DNA from: Armatimonadota bacterium
GTDB taxonomy: Bacteria > Armatimonadota > SYMT01
Length of the DNA: 64,000 bases
Assembly: GCA_041690135.1 (NCBI GenBank)
Contig: JAWLHY010000017.1
Span: 16,544-80,543 of the forward strand
Direction of reading: 5' to 3'
Shown here piece after piece: positions 38,865 through 46,634 of the stretch (the first letter of the stretch is position 1; every line of letters begins with the position of its first letter). The position numbers were made by a program, and so were the translations under genes. The notes under the pieces were generated by a model. That model did no database searches and was not told the origin of the DNA. It worked only from the letters and a program-made list of their open reading frames with translations.

Positions 38865-39904
38865 GTTCCGGGGTCGGAGCGAACGATAATCGCCGCCCGC
38901 GCCGAAAGCGGGCGGCCCCCGGGCAGTTGTAAGATGCCCTCGACGAGGACTCGACTACCGTCGAGGGCGGGTGAGGCGCCGAGCAGACAGGAGAAGACGT
39001 TGTCTGCCTGGCGGTGCTGCTCGACACCCAGGCCGGTTGTGATCAGGCGGAAGCGGGCCTCCGGCCAGTGGGTGACGCTGAACCATTCCTGGTAGTCCAG
39101 TTCCACCTGCAGATCGTAATCCTCGCTCATTCCGGCCATGAGTTCGCGCAGTTCGGGTACCAGGCGGATGGCGGTGATGCGGCGCTCGCGCGGTGGAACG
39201 CCTCCGGCCCGACCAGACCCACTTCCCGTATCCCTGCCGGCGCCACTCCCGCCTGCCGTCGGTAGGTTTCGCGATCCCACCACCTCCTGGGACTCAAGAT
39301 TGGGATACTCATGGCGCGCACCGATGATAGGCGATCGCTGCATCCCCGCGGCGCCCAGTCCACGCTCGCTGCCGCCGGTGATGGTGCGGCCTCCGGTGGC
39401 GAACGCGAGAGGAGCCGCTGTGCTGTCCGGTCGCGCGCGTCGGAAGGCGCGTTCCAGCAGGGGTGGAGCCACTTCGTTGGGAATCCGCGGGAGGGCCGGC
39501 ACATCCCGGCTCAAGGGCTCGGCGGCCGCTTCCGTGGCGGGCGTCGGCAGGACGCGGATCGGGAGGGAGCCTTCCGCGGGAAATACCAGCCTCGCGCCCT
39601 CCTCACGGAATAGCGGCACGGCCGGTGCGGCCGTCGCCGTCGGCTGGAAGCGGGAGAATTCTACCTGGGTCATCTCGAGCGGCACGGATGCCCGCTGTTG
39701 GATGCGATCCCGGAGGTGGAACTGCTCGATCGGCCAGGTGCGAACCTCCGGAACCAGGGCCCGGAACGCGGCGCCCATCAGTCCCCCCGCGACCAGGAGT
39801 GCCCCCAGCGTGCGGTACCACTCCGGATGGTATGGCAGAAGACCGTAGAGCCAGATGACCGGTCGTTCGGGATCCGGCTGGGGTGGGTTCAGAGGGTCCT
39901 GCAT
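38663..39904 (-). CDS. Hypothetical protein with N-terminal TM, last gene of the polysaccharide operon; 3' extent uncertain
   Basis: 413-aa ORF with TM LGALLVAGGLMGAAFRAL. Its last ~200 nt overlap the convergent pentapeptide gene and contain two GC hairpins (38892..38916 and 38937..38967), so the true 3' end may be earlier or a frameshift may be present. Confidence 0.35.
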   Translation of the reverse strand: MQDPLNPPQPDPERPVIWLYGLLPYHPEWYRTLGALLVAGGLMGAAFRALVPEVRTWPIEQFHLRDRIQQRASVPLEMTQVEFSRFQPTATAAPAVPLFREEGARLVFPAEGSLPIRVLPTPATEAAAEPLSRDVPALPRIPNEVAPPLLERAFRRARPDSTAAPLAFATGGRTITGGSERGLGAAGMQRSPIIGARHEYPNLESQEVVGSRNLPTAGGSGAGRDTGSGSGRAGGVPPRERRITAIRLVPELRELMAGMSEDYDLQVELDYQEWFSVTHWPEARFRLITTGLGVEQHRQADNVFSCLLGASPALDGSRVLVEGILQLPGGRPLSARAAIIVRSDPGTQSVDRLPPAATRLRSGGLPSPRPFRARVSGVSEAPARVRSSRRRWSENTARLRSTSKPAGQRVKLS

Positions 39905-39910
39905 CGCGTA

Positions 39911-41380
39911 TTACTCCTGGTCTTCGCCGGGAATCCGTGCGCGGGAACGCCGCCGCCGGCGCACGGGATTCCGGCCTTCCGTCTCCACCAGAGTACCCCG
40001 TTCGCCGACTCCCGCGGCGAGCATTCCCAGGGCGAGTACCGTCCAGAAAAGTACGGAACACTCCGGGTACTCCCAGGCGGGGCTGCCGAGCGCGGAGACC
40101 ATCTGGCCGGCAACCGCGGCCACGGCGCCCATCACGAGAAACCGGCGAGTGCCGTGTCGCAGCCGCCGCAACGCCGTCAGGGTGGTGGAGAAGAAGGCGC
40201 CGTAGATCGCGAGATAAAGCCCCAGGCCTACGAAGCCCGTTTCGCCCGCGAGTTGCACGTAGGCATTATGCGCGCTCTCCCAGAGAGTGGGCCCGCGGTC
40301 GGCTACGATCCGCTGCTCCGATACCCCCGTCACATAAAGGGGTTGGTGGAGAGCGAAAGTTCCGACTCCCCGCCCCGTCACCGGGTATTCCCGGGCCATC
40401 CGCAGCGCGGCCTTCCAGGTCTCCAGCCGCCACTCCCAACTGCTGTCGGCCTTCAGCACCGAAAACGAAGATAACCGCCGTGATACGGTGTCGCCGTAGC
40501 TGGAGAACCCGAGGAAGATGCCCAGGGCCAGGGTCGCCGTCGTGCCGATCAATAAGCCATCCTGCCATCGGATCTGATAGGACCGGCGCGAGCGGCCGTA
40601 CCGCATAAACAGTACCAGCAGCACCGTAAGCGCTACCAGCGTTCCCGCCCAGGCGCTCCGGTTCCGCGTCGCGAGGAGGGCGATGGCACTGAGGGTGGCC
40701 GCGCCCAGGCAAAACAGTCGCCGCGCAGCCGAGCTCTCCGCCCGTGCCGCGGCGAGAGTGACCGGAAAGAGCACGCAGGCAAAGGCCGCAAACAACTGCT
40801 CGTCGAGAAAGGCGCCGGAGATCCGTCCGGAGCCCCGGTTCCCCGTCAGGATGAATGCCTCCATGCAACCAGCCACCGCCAACCACGCCAGGATCAAAGC
40901 CAGTTGATGGGCTTGCTTCGACCGGAAGGCGTACACGATCCCCAGGTAGGTCAGTATTCCTCCGAGGTAACGCATCACCTCATAATGGCTGTGGTAGGGG
41001 AAAGGCGAGAGCACCGCTGAAACGGCGATCCAGGCGACGAAGGCCACGATGGCCTGGTTCATTCCGCACCGCACAGCCCCGAGCACCCGGCTCCGGGGCC
41101 AGGTGGCGCCCGCCAGGGTCCAGCCGGCCAGGGCGATCCCCAAGCACTGCACGAGGAAACCGCGCGCCCGGAGCCAATGTCCTGTATCCGGAAATGGAAC
41201 GGTGACCAGCGCCAGCAGCACCAGGACCAGCAACCACCAGAGTAACGCGGGAGCCGGACGTGGGGCAGGTACCAGCAGCCATTCCGGTACGGGATGAGGC
41301 CGCCGGGATTCCGCAGGGATAGCTGCGACCGTCTCTTGCATGGGGTTCAATGGGGTGGCGGGCACGGGGATCGGTCGCAA
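39911..41380 (-). CDS. O-antigen ligase / Wzy_C-family polysaccharide polymerase-like membrane protein
   Basis: Multi-TM protein with a periplasmic loop carrying Wzy_C-like motifs (RSAWAGTLVALTVLL, GRGVGTFALHQ, ESAHNAYVQLAGETGFVGL). Confidence 0.7.
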   Translation of the reverse strand: MRPIPVPATPLNPMQETVAAIPAESRRPHPVPEWLLVPAPRPAPALLWWLLVLVLLALVTVPFPDTGHWLRARGFLVQCLGIALAGWTLAGATWPRSRVLGAVRCGMNQAIVAFVAWIAVSAVLSPFPYHSHYEVMRYLGGILTYLGIVYAFRSKQAHQLALILAWLAVAGCMEAFILTGNRGSGRISGAFLDEQLFAAFACVLFPVTLAAARAESSAARRLFCLGAATLSAIALLATRNRSAWAGTLVALTVLLVLFMRYGRSRRSYQIRWQDGLLIGTTATLALGIFLGFSSYGDTVSRRLSSFSVLKADSSWEWRLETWKAALRMAREYPVTGRGVGTFALHQPLYVTGVSEQRIVADRGPTLWESAHNAYVQLAGETGFVGLGLYLAIYGAFFSTTLTALRRLRHGTRRFLVMGAVAAVAGQMVSALGSPAWEYPECSVLFWTVLALGMLAAGVGERGTLVETEGRNPVRRRRRSRARIPGEDQE

Positions 41381-41390
41381 AGGACGGGTA

Positions 41391-43619
41391 CTATTCGCTG
41401 GCTTCGAAGCGTCTTTCCAGCGCGCCCGCTAACGGGTCCACGTCTTCATGTTCCGCACGGCGACCTTTTCCGCCTCCGGTAAGGGAGCCACCGCGGCCGA
41501 AGCGGCCGAAGGGTCCGCCGCCGTCCGTGTCGTCCTCGTGATAGCTGGAGTAGTAACCGTAATCGTAGTAGTAGCCGCCACCCTTGGATCGCAGCCGGTT
41601 CAGCACCACTCCCAGGATCCGTCCGCGGGCACGCAGGATCATTTCCTCCGCCTGCCGGACGGCCCCCTTGCGGGACTGGCCCACGTGCATCACCAGCAGC
41701 ACCCCGTCGACTCGCGAAGCAATCAGGAGTGGGTCCGTCACTGGGATACATGGCGGGCTGTCAAAGATGACCACATCCGCCAGTTGCTCCAGCCGGTCCA
41801 TCACTTCTTCGAACGCGCGTGAGCCGAGCAGTTCCGGTGGATTGGGGGGAATCGGACCTGCGGTGATGACGTGCAGGTTATCCAGATCCGTCTCCTGGAG
41901 CGCTTCCTGAAGCGAGAGTTGCCCCACCAGGACCTGCGACAATCCCCGGTTGTTGGGAAGGTCGAGCACGTCATGGACCTTGGGCCGGCGGAGATCGGCG
42001 TCCACCAGGATCACGCGCTTGCCGTCCATCGCCATCACGCTGGCCAGGTTCACGGAAATGACGGACTTGCCTTCCCCCTTGGCCGCACTGGTGACCAGAA
42101 TGCGCCGGATCGGGGCGTCGATCGCCGCAAAACCAATGCTGGAGCGGAGACGCCGGAACGCCTCGACCAGGTGCGAGTTGCCCGCGGCGGCGGTGACCAG
42201 TCGAGAATTGCGATGGTCCATCAAGGGAATCGCGGAGAGGCAGGGGAGTGCCGTAATGCGAGGAACATCCGCCGGGGTATGGACCCGGTCGTCCAGGAGT
42301 TCCCAGGCAATCGTCAGCATCGCTGCGCCGACCAATGCCAGGGCCAAAGCCATGACGAAGTTGGTCGTCTTGCGCGGCTGGATCGGACCCCCGGGCGGCT
42401 GCGCTGGCTGAATGATCTTGAAGCTGTCGACCAGGGCGATCTCCCGCATGCGGAGATCCCTTTGCCACTCGTCGAAGCGGTCGAACCGCTGCTGGGCTTC
42501 ATTCAGTTGCTGCGCCAGCTCGTTCTTCCGTACTTCCAGGTAGCTGCGGTTGAGCGTCGGTCGCGGACGGGAGGCCGCCTGGCTCTCGGCAGTGTGAAAC
42601 TCCGTGCGGTAGCCCTGGAGGAGGGAGTACTGCTCGCGCAGCCGCTGCTGAATATAGTCCCGATAGGTATTGGCGACCTTGGTTTCGCGCTCCAGTTCCT
42701 CGGGCTCGCCTGCAATTCTGGCCTTAAGCAGCCGGATGCGCTCCTCCAGGTTGAGGATCTTCTGGTTCTTGGGTCCGTAAAGCAGTCGATCATCGTCGAG
42801 TTGGATTTCGAGGGCAGCCAGCCGGTTCTCCAACTCATCGCGGCGCCCGTTTCGCACCAACTGCTTGTGGGGGAGCTCTAATGGCGCCTGCGCCAGTTCC
42901 TCCTTGAGGCGTCGGATCTCCGTCTCCGTGGCACGGATGTTTGCCTTCGCGGCGCGAACGCGAGCCTCCAGGTCGGTGTGCTCGCGCATGAGAGCCGCTT
43001 GTTCGATGGCTTCCAGGCCGGTCTCAAACTTCTGGCTGAACTGGATCAGCCGGTTCTGGGCGGCATCGCGCGCGCGCCTGGCGGTTTCGCGCTGTTTCCG
43101 GATGAACTCCAGGGCTTCCTTGATGCCCTTCTTTGCTTCCGCGTCGGTGGTCTCTTTGTGCGTCAAGACTACCGCATTCGCAACTTTTGCTACGTCCTCG
43201 GGATGGCCCCCCATGGCCGTGACGGAGATGATGTTGGTCCCATCCACGACGCGGACCGCCACCTGGGGTGCGGCTATGCCGGGGCGATCCTGGTATCCCG
43301 CCTTCTCAAACGCCTGCGCCAGGAAGTCGGGCGTTTGCATCGTCTGCAACTGCGTCTCCGGACTGTCCGGCTGATGGGCTAGCAGAATGTTGGCGATCGG
43401 GTTATTCGAGTCGTAGATATTGAGGGAGATGGCGGGAGTGGGGACCTTAAAGCGAGCTTCCGACTGATAGACCGGTGGCTGAATAGCCGTCGCGGCTACC
43501 CCCGCCGCTAGTAGAGGGATGAAGAGCGCGAGATACAACAGCTTGCGCCGACGCAGAATCTCGAGATACTGCCGGATATTAAACTCTGGCTGGCTTAGCT
43601 GAAGCTGGTCTTGCGACAT
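41391..43619 (-). CDS. Polysaccharide co-polymerase / BY-kinase (Wzc/GumC/EpsB-type tyrosine autokinase)
   Basis: Wzz-like N-terminus (TM, then coiled-coil periplasmic domain, then a second TM). The C-terminal kinase has Walker A VTSAAKGEGKSVISVNLA and Walker A' ILVDADLRRP. The C-terminal tyrosine cluster is GGGYYYDYGYYSSY. The start was chosen at MSQDQL; the ORF is open to 43778. Confidence 0.85.
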   Translation of the reverse strand: MSQDQLQLSQPEFNIRQYLEILRRRKLLYLALFIPLLAAGVAATAIQPPVYQSEARFKVPTPAISLNIYDSNNPIANILLAHQPDSPETQLQTMQTPDFLAQAFEKAGYQDRPGIAAPQVAVRVVDGTNIISVTAMGGHPEDVAKVANAVVLTHKETTDAEAKKGIKEALEFIRKQRETARRARDAAQNRLIQFSQKFETGLEAIEQAALMREHTDLEARVRAAKANIRATETEIRRLKEELAQAPLELPHKQLVRNGRRDELENRLAALEIQLDDDRLLYGPKNQKILNLEERIRLLKARIAGEPEELERETKVANTYRDYIQQRLREQYSLLQGYRTEFHTAESQAASRPRPTLNRSYLEVRKNELAQQLNEAQQRFDRFDEWQRDLRMREIALVDSFKIIQPAQPPGGPIQPRKTTNFVMALALALVGAAMLTIAWELLDDRVHTPADVPRITALPCLSAIPLMDHRNSRLVTAAAGNSHLVEAFRRLRSSIGFAAIDAPIRRILVTSAAKGEGKSVISVNLASVMAMDGKRVILVDADLRRPKVHDVLDLPNNRGLSQVLVGQLSLQEALQETDLDNLHVITAGPIPPNPPELLGSRAFEEVMDRLEQLADVVIFDSPPCIPVTDPLLIASRVDGVLLVMHVGQSRKGAVRQAEEMILRARGRILGVVLNRLRSKGGGYYYDYGYYSSYHEDDTDGGGPFGRFGRGGSLTGGGKGRRAEHEDVDPLAGALERRFEASE

Positions 43620-43942
43620 GAAGATCGGCTCGGGTCCAGTCGGAAAGGCTCGGCGCTGGTCCTCCGGCAGGATGCAAGAATGCTCCGTGGGAGGGAAAAC
43701 GCGGCCCGCATTCAACCTTCGCGGGTAGTTCGCATCAATGCTTATGACGAATCTAAACGGATTTTCGCGAGCAGGCAATAGCCTGCTCCTAATTTGAGTT
43801 GTACGATTAAACGCTTAAGATCGGTAAATAAATCGTCGGGGACCTTTGTCCCGCCGCCCTTCTTCTTGAGGGGGTACCTTTGTCCGCACCCGCCCAACAC
43901 CGTTCTCCGGAACGCCGCTCTTTGTTCCGGTCAAAGCACTCC

Positions 43943-44701
43943 TTACCAGAAGCGAAACCGCATTCGCGGTCGTGCTTCCGGGCGGATTAGCGGCAATTCC
44001 TCGTCTCCGAGCACTCGCGCGGGGTGTTCTTCCACCAGGGCCTGGGCAGCCTTTTCCCCGAGCCATCCGGCGCAGCGCCGGATGGCGGGGCTCAACCGGG
44101 GAACACGTATATCCGGACCGTGGGCATCGGTGGCCAGAAGGGACACCCATCCGGACCGCACCAGCCACTCTGCCTGCCGGCGCGCTTCGGGACCGAACTC
44201 TCCCAGCAATGAGCCCGCGTTTACCTGTAACCGGCAGCCCCGCTGGACGAGTTCTCCCAAGTCCATACGGCGTGCGTGCCACGCACGCACGCGCTCGGGA
44301 TGTGCCAGGATGAGCCGGTAGCCGTGACTCTGTAGCTGAAAGAGCGCCCGGTCCACGTAGGCTCCCATCTCCAACTGCGCCGTCTCCAGCAGGAGATACG
44401 AAGTTCCTGCCACAGTTAACGCCCGGCCGGTTCGCAAGGCTTCCAGAAGCTGTGGAACGAGCACTACCTCGTTGCCCAACCGCACCTCCAGCGCCAATCC
44501 CGCGGCCGCAATCCGCTCTCGCAATTCGCGGAGACGGTCTTGCATACATTCCAGTTCCCCCGGCGCGCCTGTCCAGTGCGGAGTGGCGACACACTGTCGA
44601 ATTCCGTCCGCCGCCGCCATGCGGCACATCGCCATTGTTGCATCCCAATCCGCCGCCCCATCGTCGATGGCCGGAAGCAGGTGACAGTGCAGGTCGATCA
44701 C
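43943..44701 (-). CDS. PHP-family protein-tyrosine phosphatase (CpsB/YwqE-like), cognate of BY-kinase
   Basis: N-terminal MIDLHCHLLPAIDDGA (PHP metal-binding His motif); 252 aa. It is adjacent to the tyrosine kinase gene. Confidence 0.75.
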   Translation of the reverse strand: MIDLHCHLLPAIDDGAADWDATMAMCRMAAADGIRQCVATPHWTGAPGELECMQDRLRELRERIAAAGLALEVRLGNEVVLVPQLLEALRTGRALTVAGTSYLLLETAQLEMGAYVDRALFQLQSHGYRLILAHPERVRAWHARRMDLGELVQRGCRLQVNAGSLLGEFGPEARRQAEWLVRSGWVSLLATDAHGPDIRVPRLSPAIRRCAGWLGEKAAQALVEEHPARVLGDEELPLIRPEARPRMRFRFW

Positions 44702-44731
44702 GCGGGTGCAGTCATGGGCGGAAGGGAGCTT

Positions 44732-46540
44732 TCAGGGTAGGGTAGGCGCGTGACTCGCCGAGCGAGTGGGACTTCCGTGCCGGCTCTCCGAAGTGAATGG
44801 AAGCGCGTCAAAACTATCGTACACATCGATCTCGTGGCGGGCACAGAAGTCGAGGATGTGGCGCCCGGCATCGGTGGTACTCCCCACACCCAGCATACAC
44901 ACCAGGTTTTCTTCGTCTCCCAGCAGTTCCGGAAGGCGGTCGAGGGAACCCAGCACCCGTATTCCGTTCAGAGAGCGGCCTTCCCAGCCGGTGCGTTCAT
45001 CCAGTAGTCCCAGCACCTTTCCACGTTGGGGCGCCAGGGGGTCTTGAAGGGCCTGGGCGCGGGCGAACGCCTCCGGTCCCACTCCGAGGAAAACGACCTT
45101 CAAACCGGAGCGGGCCGGCACGAGACTGAACAGGTGACGGAATAACCCGAACCAGGTACGCGCGCCTACCACCAGCAGCGTGAACAAGAGCCAGTCGAGG
45201 AAGAGCGCCGCGCGGGAAACGCCGCGGAGACCCGTCGTCATACTCAAAACTGTGACGGCCAGCGCAGTGCCGGCGGTGCTCCCGAGAATGCCGGCAAAGG
45301 CGTCCGTCAGGCCCGCGTAGCGCCAATCACCGCGGTAGGCCTTGCAGAAGGCGAGGCCCAGGAGTTTGGCGACCCACAGCAGCGGGAGCGCCCGCAGGAC
45401 GGCCTCCTTGATCTCCAGCGGCACAGCGCCTTCGAAACGGAGCAGGTGCGCCCCGCCGAATGCCAACGGCACCAACAGCGCGTCGAGGAGCACCTGGAGA
45501 AAATTTGACTTGTACAGGTAGCTCCAGACGAGGGGACGCGCCTCCTTCGGCACCCGGGTCTCGTCCTCATAAACTTTGAGAACGCCCAGGTACACCCCCA
45601 GACCCAACAGCACGACAAACAGCAGGCCGGCCAGCATCAGGGTCGCGGTGATCGGCAGATGCCCGGCGCTAAGCGCTACGGCGCCGGAAACCCCCGTCAG
45701 CGCGTAAAGCAGCAGCACCGTGGCCCTTTCCGACAGGCCCAGGGCAAAGAGGCGGTGCGACGAATGGTCCCTACCTCCCTGGGAGATTCTCCGGCCGTGA
45801 AAGAGCCTCGCCACTGTCACCAGCGTCGTGTCGAAGATGGGGATCGCCAGTACGAGTACGGGAAGCACCAGGGAAAGCAATACGTTAGGTGCGCTTCTCG
45901 GCAAGCCCTGAATCGAGAGCGTTGCGAGGGAGAACCCCAGGAACATGCTCCCGCAGTCTCCCATGAACACCTTTGCGGGCTTGAAGTTGAACACCAGAAA
46001 GGCGACGCAGGCTCCCACTACCCCCAGCGCGGCGCCTGCGGTGGCTGTGTCCCCGTTTCCGGCGGAGTGGAGCGCCAGTGTCAGCGAACCAATAGCGGTG
46101 ACCCCGGCCGCCAACCCATCCATATTGTCGAGCAGGTTGAGCGCGTTGGTGATTCCCACGATCCAGAACAGGGTGACCACGCCCGCGACCGCATAGGGGA
46201 GCCCGCCGAACACGACGCCGTTCTGGACCGCCCACGCAGCCGCGGCGATCTGGCCGATCAACTTCAGGTGAGGGCGGAGCAGCAAACGGTCGTCCACCCA
46301 TCCGAGGAGGAAGATCGCCACAGACGGGCCGAGCAGAGGGGTGACCGCACTGCTACCATCACCCGCGAACCAGGCAGCCAGCACGCCGCCAAAGATCGCG
46401 ATTCCACCCATCAGGGCCGTGGGAGTCGAGTGCCACCGGTCGTCGCGGGGACGCGCAACCCAGCCCAACTTCCGCGCCGTGGCGATCACGAGCGGAGTGA
46501 GGCCGAGTGTAACTCCAAAGCTGAAAAGGAGTGCGATCAT
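44732..46540 (-). CDS. Glycosyltransferase family 4 (WecA/MraY-like polyprenyl-phosphate HexNAc-1-P transferase) with C-terminal extension
   Basis: Motif VGITNALNLLDNMDGLAAG (N-x-x-N-x-x-D-x-x-DGL) and a WecA-like 10-11 TM core. The extra ~230-aa C-terminal part has a Rossmann-like region (VVFLGVGPEA...). Confidence 0.7.
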   Translation of the reverse strand: MIALLFSFGVTLGLTPLVIATARKLGWVARPRDDRWHSTPTALMGGIAIFGGVLAAWFAGDGSSAVTPLLGPSVAIFLLGWVDDRLLLRPHLKLIGQIAAAAWAVQNGVVFGGLPYAVAGVVTLFWIVGITNALNLLDNMDGLAAGVTAIGSLTLALHSAGNGDTATAGAALGVVGACVAFLVFNFKPAKVFMGDCGSMFLGFSLATLSIQGLPRSAPNVLLSLVLPVLVLAIPIFDTTLVTVARLFHGRRISQGGRDHSSHRLFALGLSERATVLLLYALTGVSGAVALSAGHLPITATLMLAGLLFVVLLGLGVYLGVLKVYEDETRVPKEARPLVWSYLYKSNFLQVLLDALLVPLAFGGAHLLRFEGAVPLEIKEAVLRALPLLWVAKLLGLAFCKAYRGDWRYAGLTDAFAGILGSTAGTALAVTVLSMTTGLRGVSRAALFLDWLLFTLLVVGARTWFGLFRHLFSLVPARSGLKVVFLGVGPEAFARAQALQDPLAPQRGKVLGLLDERTGWEGRSLNGIRVLGSLDRLPELLGDEENLVCMLGVGSTTDAGRHILDFCARHEIDVYDSFDALPFTSESRHGSPTRSASHAPTLP

Positions 46541-46634
46541 TGGTATTTGGGGCGGATCATCCCCAGTGGCGCCGTGGGAGGGTTGGCTGCACCCTTGTTG
46601 GGAATATCGACCGGCGTGGGCCGCGATACAAGAA

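Noticed and set aside
43620-43942. ops/JUMPstart antitermination element upstream of the Wzc gene
   Set aside because: I looked for a GGCGGTAG-like ops motif in the ~320-bp leader between the phosphatase and kinase genes on the minus strand and did not find it. Only an AT-rich stretch and a small hairpin (agcaggc-aata-gcctgct at ~43761) are present.
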